Shown: positions 1 through 14,712 of the stretch, in pieces | How the letters are laid out: each line of letters starts with the position of its first letter | Numbering within the stretch: the stretch's first letter is position 1 | Assembly (NCBI GenBank): GCA_002269645.1 | Contig: NIVC01002736.1 | Location: forward strand, 34,473-98,472 | Source: Macrostomum lignano | Lineage: Eukaryota | DNA length: 64,000 bases | Reading direction: 5' to 3' | The notes under the pieces: generated by a model | What the model was told of the DNA's origin: nothing | Seen by the model: only the letters and a program-made list of their open reading frames with translations | Database searches by the model: none | Made by a program: the position numbers and the translations under genes

Positions 1-534
1 TCCTAGATATTGATATCTCGAGTTGAGTTTGAGCTCGGTGTATTTCCGCCGTTCCAAAGCACCCCGGACTGATGCCCAATTGCGGGACTCCGCTAGGAGA
101 GAGCGGTGGATAAAAGAAGAGAAAACACATGTTCTGAGCTAGTTCTTTATTTATTTATTTCATTCCTTGTTGCCAAGGCGGTTGGAAGCAAGAAGAAGAA
201 ATATTTTTGAGTTTAAACAGCTGCTCTGCGCAATTGCTAAAAAGACGAGGCCTCGATTACATCGTAGTCTGATTATTATTTTTGTAAAATTAAAGCTCAT
301 GCTATTATAATTGTTGCGCCGTTTGTGTGATAAATTTTGACTGCGTATTAATGACTCAATGCGTGTTTCACTGCGGTTCTTTGATGTCTTCTCTCACTGC
401 TTTTCTGCACTCCTCGCTTCGAGTTCGAAGTCTCTACCCTCATCTCCTTCTTCCCCTCTCCTCTCCTCTTATATCACTATCTCTTGTCTCCTATATCCCC
501 ACAACTCCTTCTTCATCTCTCCCCTCTCTCTGTC

Positions 535-1125
<591 letters not shown>

Positions 1126-1799
1126 CATGTCTCCCTGTCCCTTAATCTCTTTCTAATAAAAATATCTCATCTCTTCTTTCCACCTCTCTTCTCTTGTCTC
1201 TTCTCTTTTCCCCTTATCTTCCATCTACTCTATTCTCTCTTTCTCTCTCTTTCTCTATCCTCTTCTAGCCCTTCTCTACCCACCTGTTTTTACTTCGATT
1301 TCCGCAGTTTTAAGCTTCACTTCAGGGCGTAACAGCGCACAAGATGGGTCTCAGCAGCCTTGAACCCACAACTTTTTCGCTACGGCACTCATCCCCTCTC
1401 AAATGAAATAATCATTATTTAGTCTTATCCCCGCTTCGGTATGCGTTTTTTATGCGTCTACTGTACCCTCCGATTCTTCCTATCAGTTTTGTAAACGATT
1501 CCCAAACTTGTTTGTAGGTTTGAAGTGTGTCTCTCGGCCTATGCAGTGTTTTTTTCTGCAGCGTACGGCATAATTTTTATATTCCACCCGGTCTAAGCTC
1601 GCAAATCCAGCGAAACAATTGCCCGATAATCCTTGTTATCATTTGGCACTGTTTAACCGACCGTGGGGCCGCGTTTCCAGTTTATACTGTAAACAGATGT
1701 AATCCAACACTGGATGGGACCACACACGGAACTCATGGTACAATGCTTAGCGTTGCACTTACTGCGCAACATTTCTGTGCAATATTTCTGTGCGCTTTC

Positions 1800-1826
1800 C
1801 TATCTGTCTGTCTGTCTGTCTGTCTG

Positions 1827-1875
<49 letters not shown>

Positions 1876-1914
1876 TTCTGTCTGTCTGTCCGTGTGTCTG
1901 TCTGTCTGTCTTAG

Positions 1915-1947
<33 letters not shown>

Positions 1948-1966
1948 TAGTGTCTGTCTGTCTTAG

Positions 1967-2011
<45 letters not shown>

Positions 2012-2030
2012 TAGTGTCTGTCTGTCTTAG

Positions 2031-2095
<65 letters not shown>

Positions 2096-2127
2096 GCCTA
2101 CCTACCTACCTACCCACCTACCTACCT
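1800..2127. repeat. (GTCT)n microsatellite followed by short (ACCT)n
   Basis: Read directly. Confidence 0.95.
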
Positions 2128-2902
2128 AGATGTAATCAGATATCTCTTCAGTTTTTCAGTGACACAAGATTCAGTTTTAACAGAAGGTTTAAACCGCTGT
2201 GCATCCAACTGGCACCATGGACTGCTGAACTTAAGACGCCGCAGGCGTCACAATTACTAAAGCCAGTCAAATCGCTGCAATCAAACTATGAGATGCAGAT
2301 TATGCATTGCATAAGCCAGAGTGTTTGAACTTTTCAACTCGCGCAATTGCCAAAGGCCATTGCTTGCCTTGCTTTTAAAGCGGCGCAGTCTAATAAAATC
2401 TTGACTGGCCAGTCAGGCCACAGCCGCAGCGCCCGGACAAAGACGATGGGTGCGGGCAACCGCTGGAATTAAAAATCGAAAGCGGGCATGCAAGCCGCAA
2501 GCAGAAGATAAGAAAATTTCAGGAAACAAGGGAGAGAATAAAAAGCAACAAGCCGATAAAAACTACAGTAAACTCCGGTATTGGCAGTATTATAATATTA
2601 GCATTTTTGTGTACTGCATACCAATAGAAGGATGGTGCATTGTGTGGCCATGCATACGAAACGCATAGTAAATGCAGACAAGTACGAACAAAACATTGGG
2701 GAACTTTTTTGCATAAAGGGGATCTCGGAGCGAAGAAGAGAGGCTGACGGAGAGTGTATATTTTTGTTTTTTAGTTGAACACTTCAAGGTCATATCCAAA
2801 TAGCAAAGTAGAATTTAGTCCGCGGACTCTATACATGTACGCTCGAAAACGTAAAGCTAACATGGACTATAAAGCCATTGCACAAGGACATTATAGACTG
2901 CC

Positions 2903-3500
<598 letters not shown>

Positions 3501-3669
3501 TCTTATTGTCTGTCCGTCTGTCTAGTCCAAGTGAGAGTTCAAAAGTCCATGATCTGTGGCAGGCGTAGCAATCTGTTTAGCATTAAAAAACGGGGTTCCT
3601 CTTTTAATATCTCCCCTTGTACGAGCGTATTATCCCATCCCGCCGGGCATTGGCGCGAGCGCGGATCCT

Positions 3670-5444
3670 TTAGCATAGAAATTTATAGCCAGCTCTCCGG
3701 AGTTTTTGGCAATTTGGCATTTTTGGCTGGGGAGCGGTATTGGGGATTGGATAGAAGTTGGGACTGCCAGTCCCAAGTGTAAATGTTGAATCTATAACTC
3801 GAATGCTGAAATCATTCTGGGCAAAGAGATGGAAAATTCAGGCACAGATGCCAGACAGCGGGGCTGAGGCAGCAGCTTCCAGTGTTCATGTGACTAACCA
3901 AGACGGAGAAGACTGCCGAATTTGGGACCAAGGGTTACCTTCTGTTTATCCTTAGCTATTTTGAAGTTTTCCACCCATCTGTCTTTCTGTTTTTTGCCTG
4001 AGTGGGTATCAAGCTTCTGCATAGCTGAATACATAGTAATAAAAATCATTTGACTCAAAGTAATGATTAGATATCAAGATCTGAGGATTCTGGGACTTAG
4101 GATCTGAAGGTTCTGGATTTGGGATCTGAGAATTCTGGGACTTGGGATCTGAGGATTCTGGGACTTGGGATCTGAGGATTCTGGGACTTGGGATCTGAGG
4201 ATTCTGGGACTTGGGATCTGAGGATTCTGGGACTTGGGATCTGAGGATTCTGGGACTTGGGATCTGAGGATTCTGGGACTTGGGATCTGAGGATTCTGGG
4301 ACTTGGGATCTGAGGATTCTGGGACTTGGGATCTGAGGATTCTGGGACTTGGGATCTGAGGATTCTGGGACTTGGGATCTGAGGATTCTGGGACTTGGGA
4401 TCTGAGGATTCTGGGACTTGGGATCTGAGGATTCTGGGACTTGGGATCTGAGGATTCTGGGACTTGGGATCTGAGGATTCTGGGACTTGGGATCTGAGGA
4501 TTCGGAGACTTGGATTCTGAAGGTTATGGGATTTGGGATCTGGGGATTCTGGGACTTGGGATCTGAGGATTCTGGGACTTGGGATCTGAGGATTCTAGGA
4601 CTTGGGATCTGAGGATTCTGGGACTTGGGATCTGAGGATTCTGGGACTTGGGATCTGAGAATTCTGGGACTTGGGATCTGAGGATTCTAGGACTTGGGTT
4701 CTGAGGATTCTGGGACTTGGGATCTGAGGATTCTGGGACTTGGGATCTGAGGATTCTGGGACTTGGGATCTGAGGATTCTGGGACTTGGGATCTGAGGAT
4801 TCTGGGACTTGGGATCTGAGGATTCTGGGACTTGGGATCTGAGGATTCTGGGACTTGGGATCTGAGGATTCTGGGACTTGGGATCTGAGGATTCGGAGAC
4901 TTGGATTCTGAAGGTTATGGGATTTGGGATCTGGGGATTCTGGGACTTGGGATCTGAGGATTCTGGGACTTGGGATCTGAGGATTCTGGGACTTGGGATC
5001 TGAGGATTCTGGGACTTGGGATCTGAGAATTCTGGGACTTGGGATCTGAGGATTCTAGGACTTGGGTTCTGAGGATTCTGGGACTTGGGATCTGAGGATT
5101 CTGGACTTGGGATCTGAGGATTCTGGGACTTGGGATCTGAGGATTCTGGGACTTGGGATCTGAGGATTCTGGGACTTGGGATCTGAGGATTCTAGGACTT
5201 GGGTTCTGAGGATTCTGGGACTTGGATGACTCAGATGAGAATCTAAGCTTTAGGCTCTGAGCCAAAACTCGAGGCGCACTGAAAATCTACTGGAAATCGG
5301 TAGGGCAGCGCTGCTCATAAATAAATTCTCGTTTCTGTCATCTATGAATTCCGGCTTAAAGTGAATTGAGCGATTTAAATGACTCGACACAAAAAACTTA
5401 CGATAACGAGAATATGATTGTAGAAGCTTTGTTCTCATATTACC
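3670..5444 (-). CDS. Tentative small spliced Lys-rich protein; candidate exons 5444-5402, 4024-3939, 3816-3670
   Basis: Canonical sites (catcttag|...tatc|gtaagt; gtattcag|...gaag|gtaacc; ttgcccag|) with compatible phases give (GN)MRTKLLQSYSRYPMQKLDTHSGKKQKDRWVENFKIAKDKQK-NDFSIRV...YKFLC*. The 23-bp array would lie in an intron. No recognisable homology. Confidence 0.25.
4077..5225. repeat. 23-bp minisatellite CTTGGGATCTGAGGATTCTGGGA (~50 copies)
   Basis: Read directly; the 23-aa period in the ORF translation confirms the unit length. Confidence 0.95.
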
Positions 5445-5999
5445 CTAAGATGGGAATAGAAATTTGGAGAGTTTAAAGCCCAAGAGAGGGAGAGAAAAGA
5501 GCATCCATCAAAAAATGAATGAATCGCGCGATACAGAGCAGATACGGAGCCATATAGTAGTCAAAGGTAAAAATTGTATGACCTGCGACCATGTGAAGGA
5601 TTGACTCCATTACTGCATGCAGGCTTGCAGCTCCTATACGATACGCAAAACAACATTCTTAATCATACCGAGGCAGGGAGGGAGGCTGCAACCAGCAGGC
5701 TTAGCTTAGCGGATGGTCAGATAGTAAAACTGTCACGGATGGGATTCATGATGGTTGATGGGGTCTGCGGCTGCGGCAGGCTAGGCTAGCTGAAGCCTCC
5801 GTGCAAGGCAGCATTCAGTGAATATAGATTTTTAAGTCAAAAAAGTATCAGTCCTAGCCAATGCTTTGATAAGCGCGTTAAATATATCAGGGCTAAATGC
5901 GATGTAAGTTTAAGTAATACAATATATATTAAATTTCTCTCTATGAAAATCCCAGATTTAAATGAAACTAATGCACCAATGCTATAATATAAAGTAGAG

Positions 6000-6372
6000 C
6001 AGGGGTAGGGACTCTTTTATCTCAAGGGCCAGATAGAGATTGCGAACCTAGAGTATGACTGCGGGCCGAAACAGGGGAGAGAGGAAATGGAATGGAGAAA
6101 AGATAAGAGATAGGGGGAGGAGAGGCGAGGGAATGAAGGAAAAAAGAGAAGAGGAGAGGAGAGAAGAGGAGAGAGAGGAGGAAGGAGGAGAGGATAGAGG
6201 GGGAAGGAGAGGAGAGGAGAGGAGAGGAAAGGAGAGCAGAGAGGAGAGGGGAGGAGAGAGGAGATTATAGAGAACAACGTTGAGAAGAGATACAAACGTT
6301 TAGCGGACCGGATTGCCGTTGTGAACTTTCTAAGGACCCGAGGGCCAGATAGAAAGGCTTTGGGGGGGGCCC
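6000..6372 (+). mobile_element. hAT-type MITE copy with expanded internal GA tract; right end obscured by the adjacent minisatellite
   Basis: Colinear with the reverse complement of 51666-51908 (ttttatct..ggggccagatag, atgactgcgg, ggattgc..ttgtgaa..aaggacccgag..gatag..aggct); begins CAGGGGTAGG. Confidence 0.65.
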
Positions 6373-6379
6373 TAAGAGT

Positions 6380-7050
6380 CTAAGACCCTAAGACACTGGG
6401 ACCCTGAGACACTGAGACACTGGGACCCTAAGACACTGAGACACTGGGACCCTAAGACACTGAGACACTGGGACCCTGAGACACTGAGACACTGGGACCC
6501 TAAGACACTGAGACACTGGGACCCTAAGACACTGAGACACTGGGACCCTGAGACACTGAGACACTGGGACCCTAAGACACTGAGACACTGGGACCCTAAG
6601 ACACTGAGACACTGGGACCCTAAGACACTGAGACACTAAGACACTGAGACACTGGGACCTTAAGACACTGAGACACTAGGACCCTAAGACACTGAGACAC
6701 TGGGACCCTAAGACACTGAGACACTGGGACCCTAAGACACTGAGACACTAGGACCCTAAGACACTGAGACACTGGGACCCTAAGACACTGAGACACTGGG
6801 ACCTTAAGACACTGAGACACTAGGACCCTAAGACACTGAGACACTGGGACCCTAAGACACTGAGACACTGGGACCCTAAGACACTGAGACACTAGGACCC
6901 TAAGACACTGAGACACTGGGACCCTAAGACACTGAGACACTGGGACCTTAAGACACTGAGACACTAGGACCCTAAGACACTGAGACACTGGGACCCTAAG
7001 ACACTGGGACCCTAAGACACTGAGACACTAACCCTAAGACCCTAAGACCC
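6380..7050. repeat. 24-bp minisatellite GACACTGAGACACTGGGACCCTAA
   Basis: Read directly; 8-aa period SQCLRVPV. Confidence 0.95.
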
Positions 7051-7974
7051 TAGACTGGTAGAAACTAAGACATCGAGACGCCGAGGCGTCAGGCCAGGAC
7101 AAACCCACAGTGCTTAATAGAGAAAAAGAGACCATAGAAAAAATGAAACACTGTTTGCCAGCCAACCAAATTCGATCTCGTGGCTATGAAGCGGCCGGGT
7201 TGGTGGACAGTGTACTGTGCAAATGTAGAGAGCGTGCCACTGCAAGTGAAGGGATAGGAAAAGCAGGGTTTTCCTTACATATGCATCTCTCCCCTCCCGT
7301 ACATCCATCCTTCCTGGATTCGCTCATATATATAGTTACCAGACACGGCCATGCATTTTGAAGCGACCTGTCTTCTGAATAAAATTATAAATGGCTAACT
7401 TCTATAGTGGTTGTTCCTATTAAAATAAACCACGATTAAGTTGTAATTTAAAATTAAGCTCCTTAATAGTGAGGCTTAAGATAATAACAAAGGACATGCA
7501 CAATAGTACATAAATTGTTAGTCTGTTAAATTTTATTTAATTTTTTTTATTTCTGGCCTCTACTAGTCTGAAGCAAGAATCAATAGCAATTTTATCGATA
7601 TGGAAAATAGAGCATTATTAATTTTAAGTCTTCTGTCAATTATTGGATGGAGAATTTCTCAATGTGTTGATCGTAAGTAAAAATTTCTTTTCTTGGTTTA
7701 TTTTTTGCCATGGTTGAGTAGAGAACACAGTGGTACCGTAGGTACTGTAGTGTTGAAATAGTAGAATGGCAACGTGTAGTATAGTAGATTAATAGTGTAA
7801 GTAATGTCGAATTTATATATCGTTTAGAGTTCGTTGAGTTAGAGTAGCTGGTTGGTAATTAGAGCGACAGAGTAGGTAAATAATAGATTAGGCAGAGTAG
7901 GTAATTAGAAGATTAGGGGGAATAGGTAATTAGTAGAGTAGACAGAGTAGGTAATTAATTAGAAGATTAGGCAG

Positions 7975-10900
7975 GGAATAGTAGGTAGCTAATTGGTAGG
8001 TTAGCTAGAGTATGGCAGAGTAGGTAGCTAATTGGTAGGTTAGCTAGAGTATGGCAGAGTAGGTAGCTAATTGGTAGGTTAGCTAGAGTATGGCAGAGTA
8101 GGTAGCTAATTGGTAGGTTAGCTAGAGTATGGCAGAGTAGGTAGCTAATTGGTAGGTTAGCTAGAGTATGGCAGAGTAGGTAGCTAATTGGTAGGTTAGC
8201 TAGAGTATGGCAGAGTAGGTAGCTAATTGGTAGGTTAGCTAGAGTATGGCAGAGTAGGTAGCTAATTGGTAGGTTAGCTAGAGTATGGCAGAGTAGGTAG
8301 CTAATTGGTAGGTTAGCTAGAGTATGGCAGAGTAGGTAGCTAATTGGTAGGTTAGCTAGAGTATGGCAGAGTAGGTAGCTAATTGGTAGGTTAGCTAGAG
8401 TATGGCAGAGTAGGTAGCTAATTGGTAGGTTAGCTAGAGTATGGCAGAGTAGGTAGCTAATTGGTAGGTTAGCTAGAGTATGGCAGAGTAGGTAGCTAAT
8501 TGGTAGGTTAGCTAGAGTATGGCAGAGTAGGTAGCTAATTGGTAGGTTAGCTAGAGTATGGCAGAGTAGGTAGCTAATTGGTAGGTTAGCTAGAGTATGG
8601 CAGAGTAGGTAGCTAATTGGTAGGTTAGCTAGAGTATGGCAGAGTAGGTAGCTAATTGGTAGGTTAGCTAGAGTATGGCAGAGTAGGTAGCTAATTGGTA
8701 GGTTAGCTAGAGTATGGCAGAGTAGGTAGCTAATTGGTAGGTTAGCTAGAGTATGGCAGAGTAGGTAGCTAATTGGTAGGTTAGCTAGAGTATGGCAGAG
8801 TAGGTAGCTAATTGGTAGGTTAGCTAGAGTATGGCAGAGTAGGTAGCTAATTGGTAGGTTAGCTAGAGTATGGCAGAGTAGGTAGCTAATTGGTAGGTTA
8901 GCTAGAGTATGGCAGAGTAGGTAGCTAATTGGTAGGTTAGCTAGAGTATGGCAGAGTAGGTAGCTAATTGGTAGGTTAGCTAGAGTATGGCAGAGTAGGT
9001 AGCTAATTGGTAGGTTAGCTAGAGTATGGCAGAGTAGGTAGCTAATTGGTAGGTTAGCTAGAGTATGGCAGAGTAGGTAGCTAATTGGTAGGTTAGCTAG
9101 AGTATGGCAGAGTAGGTAGCTAATTGGTAGGTTAGCTAGAGTATGGCAGAGTAGGTAGCTAATTGGTAGGTTAGCTAGAGTATGGCAGAGTAGGTAGCTA
9201 ATTGGTAGGTTAGCTAGAGTATGGCAGAGTAGGTAGCTAATTGGTAGGTTAGCTAGAGTATGGCAGAGTAGGTAGCTAATTGGTAGATTAGCTAGAGTAT
9301 GGCAGAGTAGGTAGCTAATTGGTAGGTTAGCTAGAGTATGGCAGAGTAGGTAGCTAATTGGTAGGTTAGCTAGAGTATGGCAGAGTAGGTAGCTAATTGG
9401 TAGGTTAGCTAGAGTATGGCAGAGTAGGTAGCTAATTGGTAGGTTAGCTAGAGTATGGCAGAGTAGGTAGCTAATTGGTAGGTTAGCTAGAGTATGGCAG
9501 AGTAGGTAGCTAATTGGTAGGTTAGCTAGAGTATGGCAGAGTAGGTAGCTAATTGGTAGGTTAGCTAGAGTATGGCAGAGTAGGTAGCTAATTGGTAGGT
9601 TAGCTAGAGTATGGCAGAGTAGGTAGCTAATTGGTAGGTTAGCTAGAGTATGGCAGAGTAGGTAGCTAATTGGTAGATTAGCTAGAGTATGGCAGAGTAG
9701 GTAGCTAATTGGTAGATTAGCTAGAGTATGGCAGAGTAGGTAGCTAATTGGTAGGTTAGATAGAGTATGGCAGAGTAGGTAGCTAATTGGTAGATTAGCT
9801 AGAGTATGGCAGAGTAGGTAGCTAATTGGTAGGTTAGATAGAGTATGGCAGAGTAGGTAGCTAATTGGTAGGTTAGCTAGAGTATGGCAGAGTAGGTAGC
9901 TAATTGGTAGGTTAGCTAGAGTATGGCAGAGTAGGTAGCTAATTGGTAGGTTAGCTAGAGTATGGCAGAGTAGGTAGCTAATTGGTAGATTAGCTAGAGT
10001 ATGGCAGAGTAGGTAGCTAATTGGTAGGTTAGCTAGAGTATGGCAGAGTAGGTAGCTAATTGGTAGGTTAGCTAGAGTATGGCAGAGTAGTTAGCTAATT
10101 GGTAGGTTAGCTATAGTATGGCAGGGTAGGTAGCTAATTGGTAGGTTAGCTAGAGTATGGCAGAGTAGGTAGCTAATTGGTAGGTTAGCTAGAGTATGGC
10201 AGAGTAGGTAGCTAATTGGTAGGTTAGCTAGAGTATGGCAGAGTAGGTAGCTAATTGGTAGGTTAGCTAGAGTATGGCAGAGTAGGTAGCTAATTGGTAG
10301 GTTAGCTAGAGTATGGCAGGGTAGGTAGCTAATTGGTAGGTTAGCTAGAGTATGGCAGAGTAGGTAGCTAATTGGTAGGTTAGCTAGAGTATGGCAGAGT
10401 AGGTAGCTAATTGGTAGGTTAGATAGAGTATGGCAGAGTAGGTAGCTAATTGGTAGGTTAGATAGAGTATGGCAGAGTAGGTAGCTAATTGGTAGGTTAG
10501 ATAGAGTATGGCAGAGTAGGTAGCTAATTGGTAGGTTAGATAGAGTATGGCAGAGTAGGTAGCTAATTGGTAGGTTAGATAGAGTATGGCAGAGTAGGTA
10601 GCTAATTGGTAGGTTAGCTAGAGTATGGCAGAGTAGGTAGCTAATTGGTAGGTTAGCTAGAGTATGGCAGAGTAGGTAGCTAATTGGTAGGTTAGCTAGA
10701 GTATGGCAGAGTAGGTAGCTAATTGGTAGGTTAGCTAGAGTATGGCAGAGTAGGTAGCTAATTGGTAGGTTAGCTAGAGTATGGCAGAGTAGGTAGCTAA
10801 TTGGTAGGTTAGCTAGAGTATGGCAGAGTAGGTAGCTAATTGGTAGATTAGCTAGAGTATGGCAGAGTAGGTAGCTAATTGGTAGGTTAGCTAGAGTATG

Positions 10901-11275
10901 GCAGAGTAGGTAGCTAATTGGTAGGTTAGCTAGAGTATGGCAGAGTAGGTAGCTAATTGGTAGGTTAGCTAGAGTATGGCAGAGTAGGTAGCTAATTGGT
11001 AGGTTAGCTAGAGTATGGCAGAGTAGGTAGCTAATTGGTAGGTTAGCTAGAGTATGGCAGAGTAGGTAGCTAATTGGTAGATTAGCTAGAGTATGGCAGA
11101 GTAGGTAGCTAATTGGTAGATTAGCTAGAGTATGGCAGAGTAGGTAGCTAATTGGTAGGTTAGCTAGAGTATGGCAGAGTAGAGTAGCTAATTGGTAGAT
11201 TAGCTAGAGTATGGCAGAGTAGGTAGCTAATTGGTAGATTAGCTAGAGTATGGCAGAGTAGGTAGCTAATGGGTA
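7975..11275. repeat. 39-bp minisatellite GGCAGAGTAGGTAGCTAATTGGTAGGTTAGCTAGAGTAT (~84 copies, very homogeneous)
   Basis: Read directly. Confidence 0.97.
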
Positions 11276-12149
11276 GAGTAGACAATGTTAATTATGGTAT
11301 AATATGTTGTCAGAGTAGACAGCTAGTGGTAGACTGTTAGAATAGGTAGTTAGGGTATACAGCGGTAGAGTAGGTGCAGGTTCACTGTGTTAGCAAAACA
11401 GGGGGAAATGGCTTGCAGTTACGTTACGGAGCTACAAGGCTAAGAGAGCCAGAAAGCGAGCATTTCCTAAGAACGTATTTTGCGCAATAAAAGCCAAAAG
11501 AACCTCTTCTGACTCGATTTCGGGCTCGAATTTTTTTTATTACGTTGGCCCTCGAATCGAATCCGTGGCTGAGACTGGGGAGTAGGGTAGAGGTCCTTGA
11601 TTCGGGACAAATGCTTTCTGGGGGGGGGGGCTGCTCTCTACCACCACCTCTCTTCTACCTTCTATAAGTCTATCTGCAGCTGGTCATATAACTCAACCTT
11701 CCTTTGTCGGCAACGTCATCATCAACTGTTTTTGCGCGCGCGTGGCAATATATTACACAGTATGGTATTATATATATATAAATTTTATTCGTTCCACTAT
11801 TGAGGACACGCCCGAATCCGTGCATAACCTTATACTGTAATTTATAATGTGTGGCATCTGGCCCGAGCACCAGACACTGGACACCGGGGCGGGGGGGGGC
11901 TGTCTCCAAAGCCAGCCAGTTAGTTGAGCCGTGAAAATTGATCCCGGCCGTTTTCAGTGTTTTTTTATAGGCAGACAGTTTTGCGACGTTGAGGCTTTTA
12001 TCCGGAAATAATTGCCGCCTGCCTCTCTAGAGGTGATAAATATTTTTAATCGTTTAATTACAGGCGAATTAAGAAACTATATATATTTAGGACGAGTGTC
12101 TCTTTATTCTCAACTTCTCTCTATACGCACCTACTCATGCTCTGTGCAT

Positions 12150-12925
12150 TCTACTGTCACTAATCATTGTCACTCTCTCACCTACTGTCACTCTAACCAT
12201 CGTCACTCTCTCACCTACTGTCACTCTAACCATTGTCACTCTCACTTTACTGTCACTCTAACGATTGTCACTCTCTCACTCTACTGTCACTCTAACCATT
12301 GTCACTCTCACTCTACTGTCACTCTAACCATTGTCACTCTCTCACTCTACTATCACTCTAACGAGTCTAACCACTGTCACTGTCTCTACTGTCACTTTAT
12401 CACTGTCTCACTCTACTGTCACTCTTATCATTGTCACTCTCTCACTCTACTGTCACTCTAACCATTGTCACTCTCTCACCTACTGTCACTAATCATTGTC
12501 ACTCTCACTCTACTGTCACTCTAACCATTGTCACTCTCTCACTCTACTATCACACTAACGAGTCTAACCACTGTCACTGTCTCTACTGTCACTTTATCAC
12601 TGTCTCACTCTACTGTCACTCTTATCATTGTCACTCTCTCACTCTACTGTCACTCTAACCATTGTCACTCTCTCACCTACTGTCAGTGTAATCATTGTCA
12701 CTCTCACTTTACTGTCACTCTAACCATTGTCACTCTCTCACTCTACTGTCACTCTAACCATTGTCACTCTCACTTTACTGTCACTCTAACCATTGTCACT
12801 CTTTCACCTACTGTCACTCTTATCATTGTCATTCTCTCACCTACTGTCAGTGTCACTTATCACTGTAACAGTGACTATTGGCACTTCTATCACTGTCACT
12901 GTCACTCTACTGTCACTCTCTCATT
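12150..12925. repeat. Degenerate ~32-34 bp minisatellite built on TGTCACTCT (CTACTGTCACTCTAACCATTGTCACTCTCTCA)
   Basis: Read directly. Confidence 0.9.
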
Positions 12926-13636
12926 CTACTGTCAAACCCCATCTCGCAACCGTCATTCTTTCACTTATCCATCATTTGTCGCTTGATCACTGAATCCCAA
13001 GTTTCATTCCTACATAACTCTATCTATATGCTTCTAAAAAAACTGAAAACTAGCAAACAAACAGTTAAGTTATAAAACAAGAGAATAGCTCAACGTTTAA
13101 ACCTAAACCTGCATTGACCTGGAAATAGAGCGTGCTTACAAAGAGAGAGAGGGAGAGAGAGAGAGAGAGAGATCTATCTACATCAGAATTTTATGCTCCC
13201 CAAGAGAGAAGCTATACGCTTAAAGCTGCTAAGCTACTACTAGAGCTTCATGGTCCAGCGTTAATACCGATTTGGTTGGGTTGTAAATCTTCTTGGTGGG
13301 GGGGGGGTGATTTCTCTCTCTCTATCCCTCTAAAACTTACGGAACCCGCTGTGAGGGGGGGCATTGCAGGTTTTTCGCAATACAGGGAGACACGCGCGCA
13401 CACACACACACACACAAACTAGCCGCACAGCTAACTGAAGACCGACCTTAACTTTGGCGGTATAATACGCCTTATTTATATGCATATACTGTATATTGCA
13501 TATGCAGTGTGGGGGCTCTTTTTCAGAAAAAAGGAATGCCGCCTCTACTGCCGCTGCTGAAATAGAGAGACACACACACCAACACGCAGACAGAGAAAAA
13601 AGCTAACTAAGGCAATACGGCATTGCTTTGCCACCT

Positions 13637-13640
<4 letters not shown>

Positions 13641-13698
<58 letters not shown>
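13641..13698. repeat. (CT)n microsatellite
   Basis: Read directly. Confidence 0.95.
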
Positions 13699-13701
<3 letters not shown>

Positions 13702-14339
13702 GTTTCTACCTCTTGTAAAAGTTAATAACTGAGTTAGAGAGAAAGGCGTATATTGTGATAGATCGAGTACTGCTTTGGCGGCGCTCTGGTGTGTTTGGGT
13801 TTCTTTCTGCTTGTGGGGGTTTAGGTGGGCTGGTTTTTGCTTTCTATTGCCGCCGCTAAGCAAGCCGAGACAGACAGTGTGGGGGGGGGGGGTAGTGGCG
13901 CGCGGCTTACGTTCTAGCACAGACACTCTGAATAGAGAGTTGCTCATTTTTGCGGGCTTGACTTTTCTCTTCATATAATTTTCATGCCCGTTTTGTTTTG
14001 TTCATCAAAAACCCACTGCTTCTGCTGAGAAGGTTAGCCAATACTTTAACCGTTTCTCTGCTTCATATCAGCTAGCTATCGCTGTTAGCTTTGATTTCCA
14101 TCACTGGGATTTCAGGTTTGAGGTATTAAAAATCAAGAATTACAAGTAAGAGATTTCCAGAAGGAAATACCATCGGTATGGAATTTCTCGTTTACAAGTT
14201 TTCCGAAACTGGGAATGCATACGATAGGGAGTCCTCGAATTTGGAAATTCCCAGAAGCGGGAATCCTTAAGATAGGGAATTACCGAGTTTGGAGTTGGAA
14301 ATTCCTAGAAATGGAACTTATAAGATTAGAATTCCCTAA

Positions 14340-14712
14340 TTCGGAGATTCTCAAAAAAGGATTCCATACAATAGGGAATTCCCAGATTTAGAGGTTCCCA
14401 GAAGGGAATTCCATACGATAGGGAATTCCCAAATTTGGAGATTCCTAGAAGAGAAATCCATCCGATAGGGAATTCCCAGATTTGGAGGTTCTCAGAAAGG
14501 GGATTCCATACGATAGGGAATTCCCAAATTAGGAGATTCCCAGAAGGGGAATCCATCCGATAAGGAATTCCCAGATTTGGAGGTTCCCAGAAGGGGAATC
14601 CATCCGATAAGGAATTCCCAGATTTGGAGGTTCCCAGAAGGGGAATCCATCCGATAAGGAATTCCCAGATTTGGAGGTTCCCAGAAGGGGATTCCATACG
14701 ATAGGGAATTCC
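14340..14712. repeat. 47-bp minisatellite AAGGAATTCCCAGATTTGGAGGTTCCCAGAAGGGGAATCCATCCGAT
   Basis: Units start at 14562 and 14609 (47 apart); degenerate copies continue leftwards to ~14170. Confidence 0.88.

Noticed and set aside
1322-1392. Possible tiny hAT-like remnant (CAGGGCGTAAC ... GCTACGGCACTC)
   Set aside because: TIR match is poor and there is no TSD.
7975-11275. 39-bp array as a CRISPR array
   Set aside because: Units are contiguous with no unique spacers, there are no cas genes, and the context is eukaryotic. The same applies to the 25-, 30- and 36-bp arrays.
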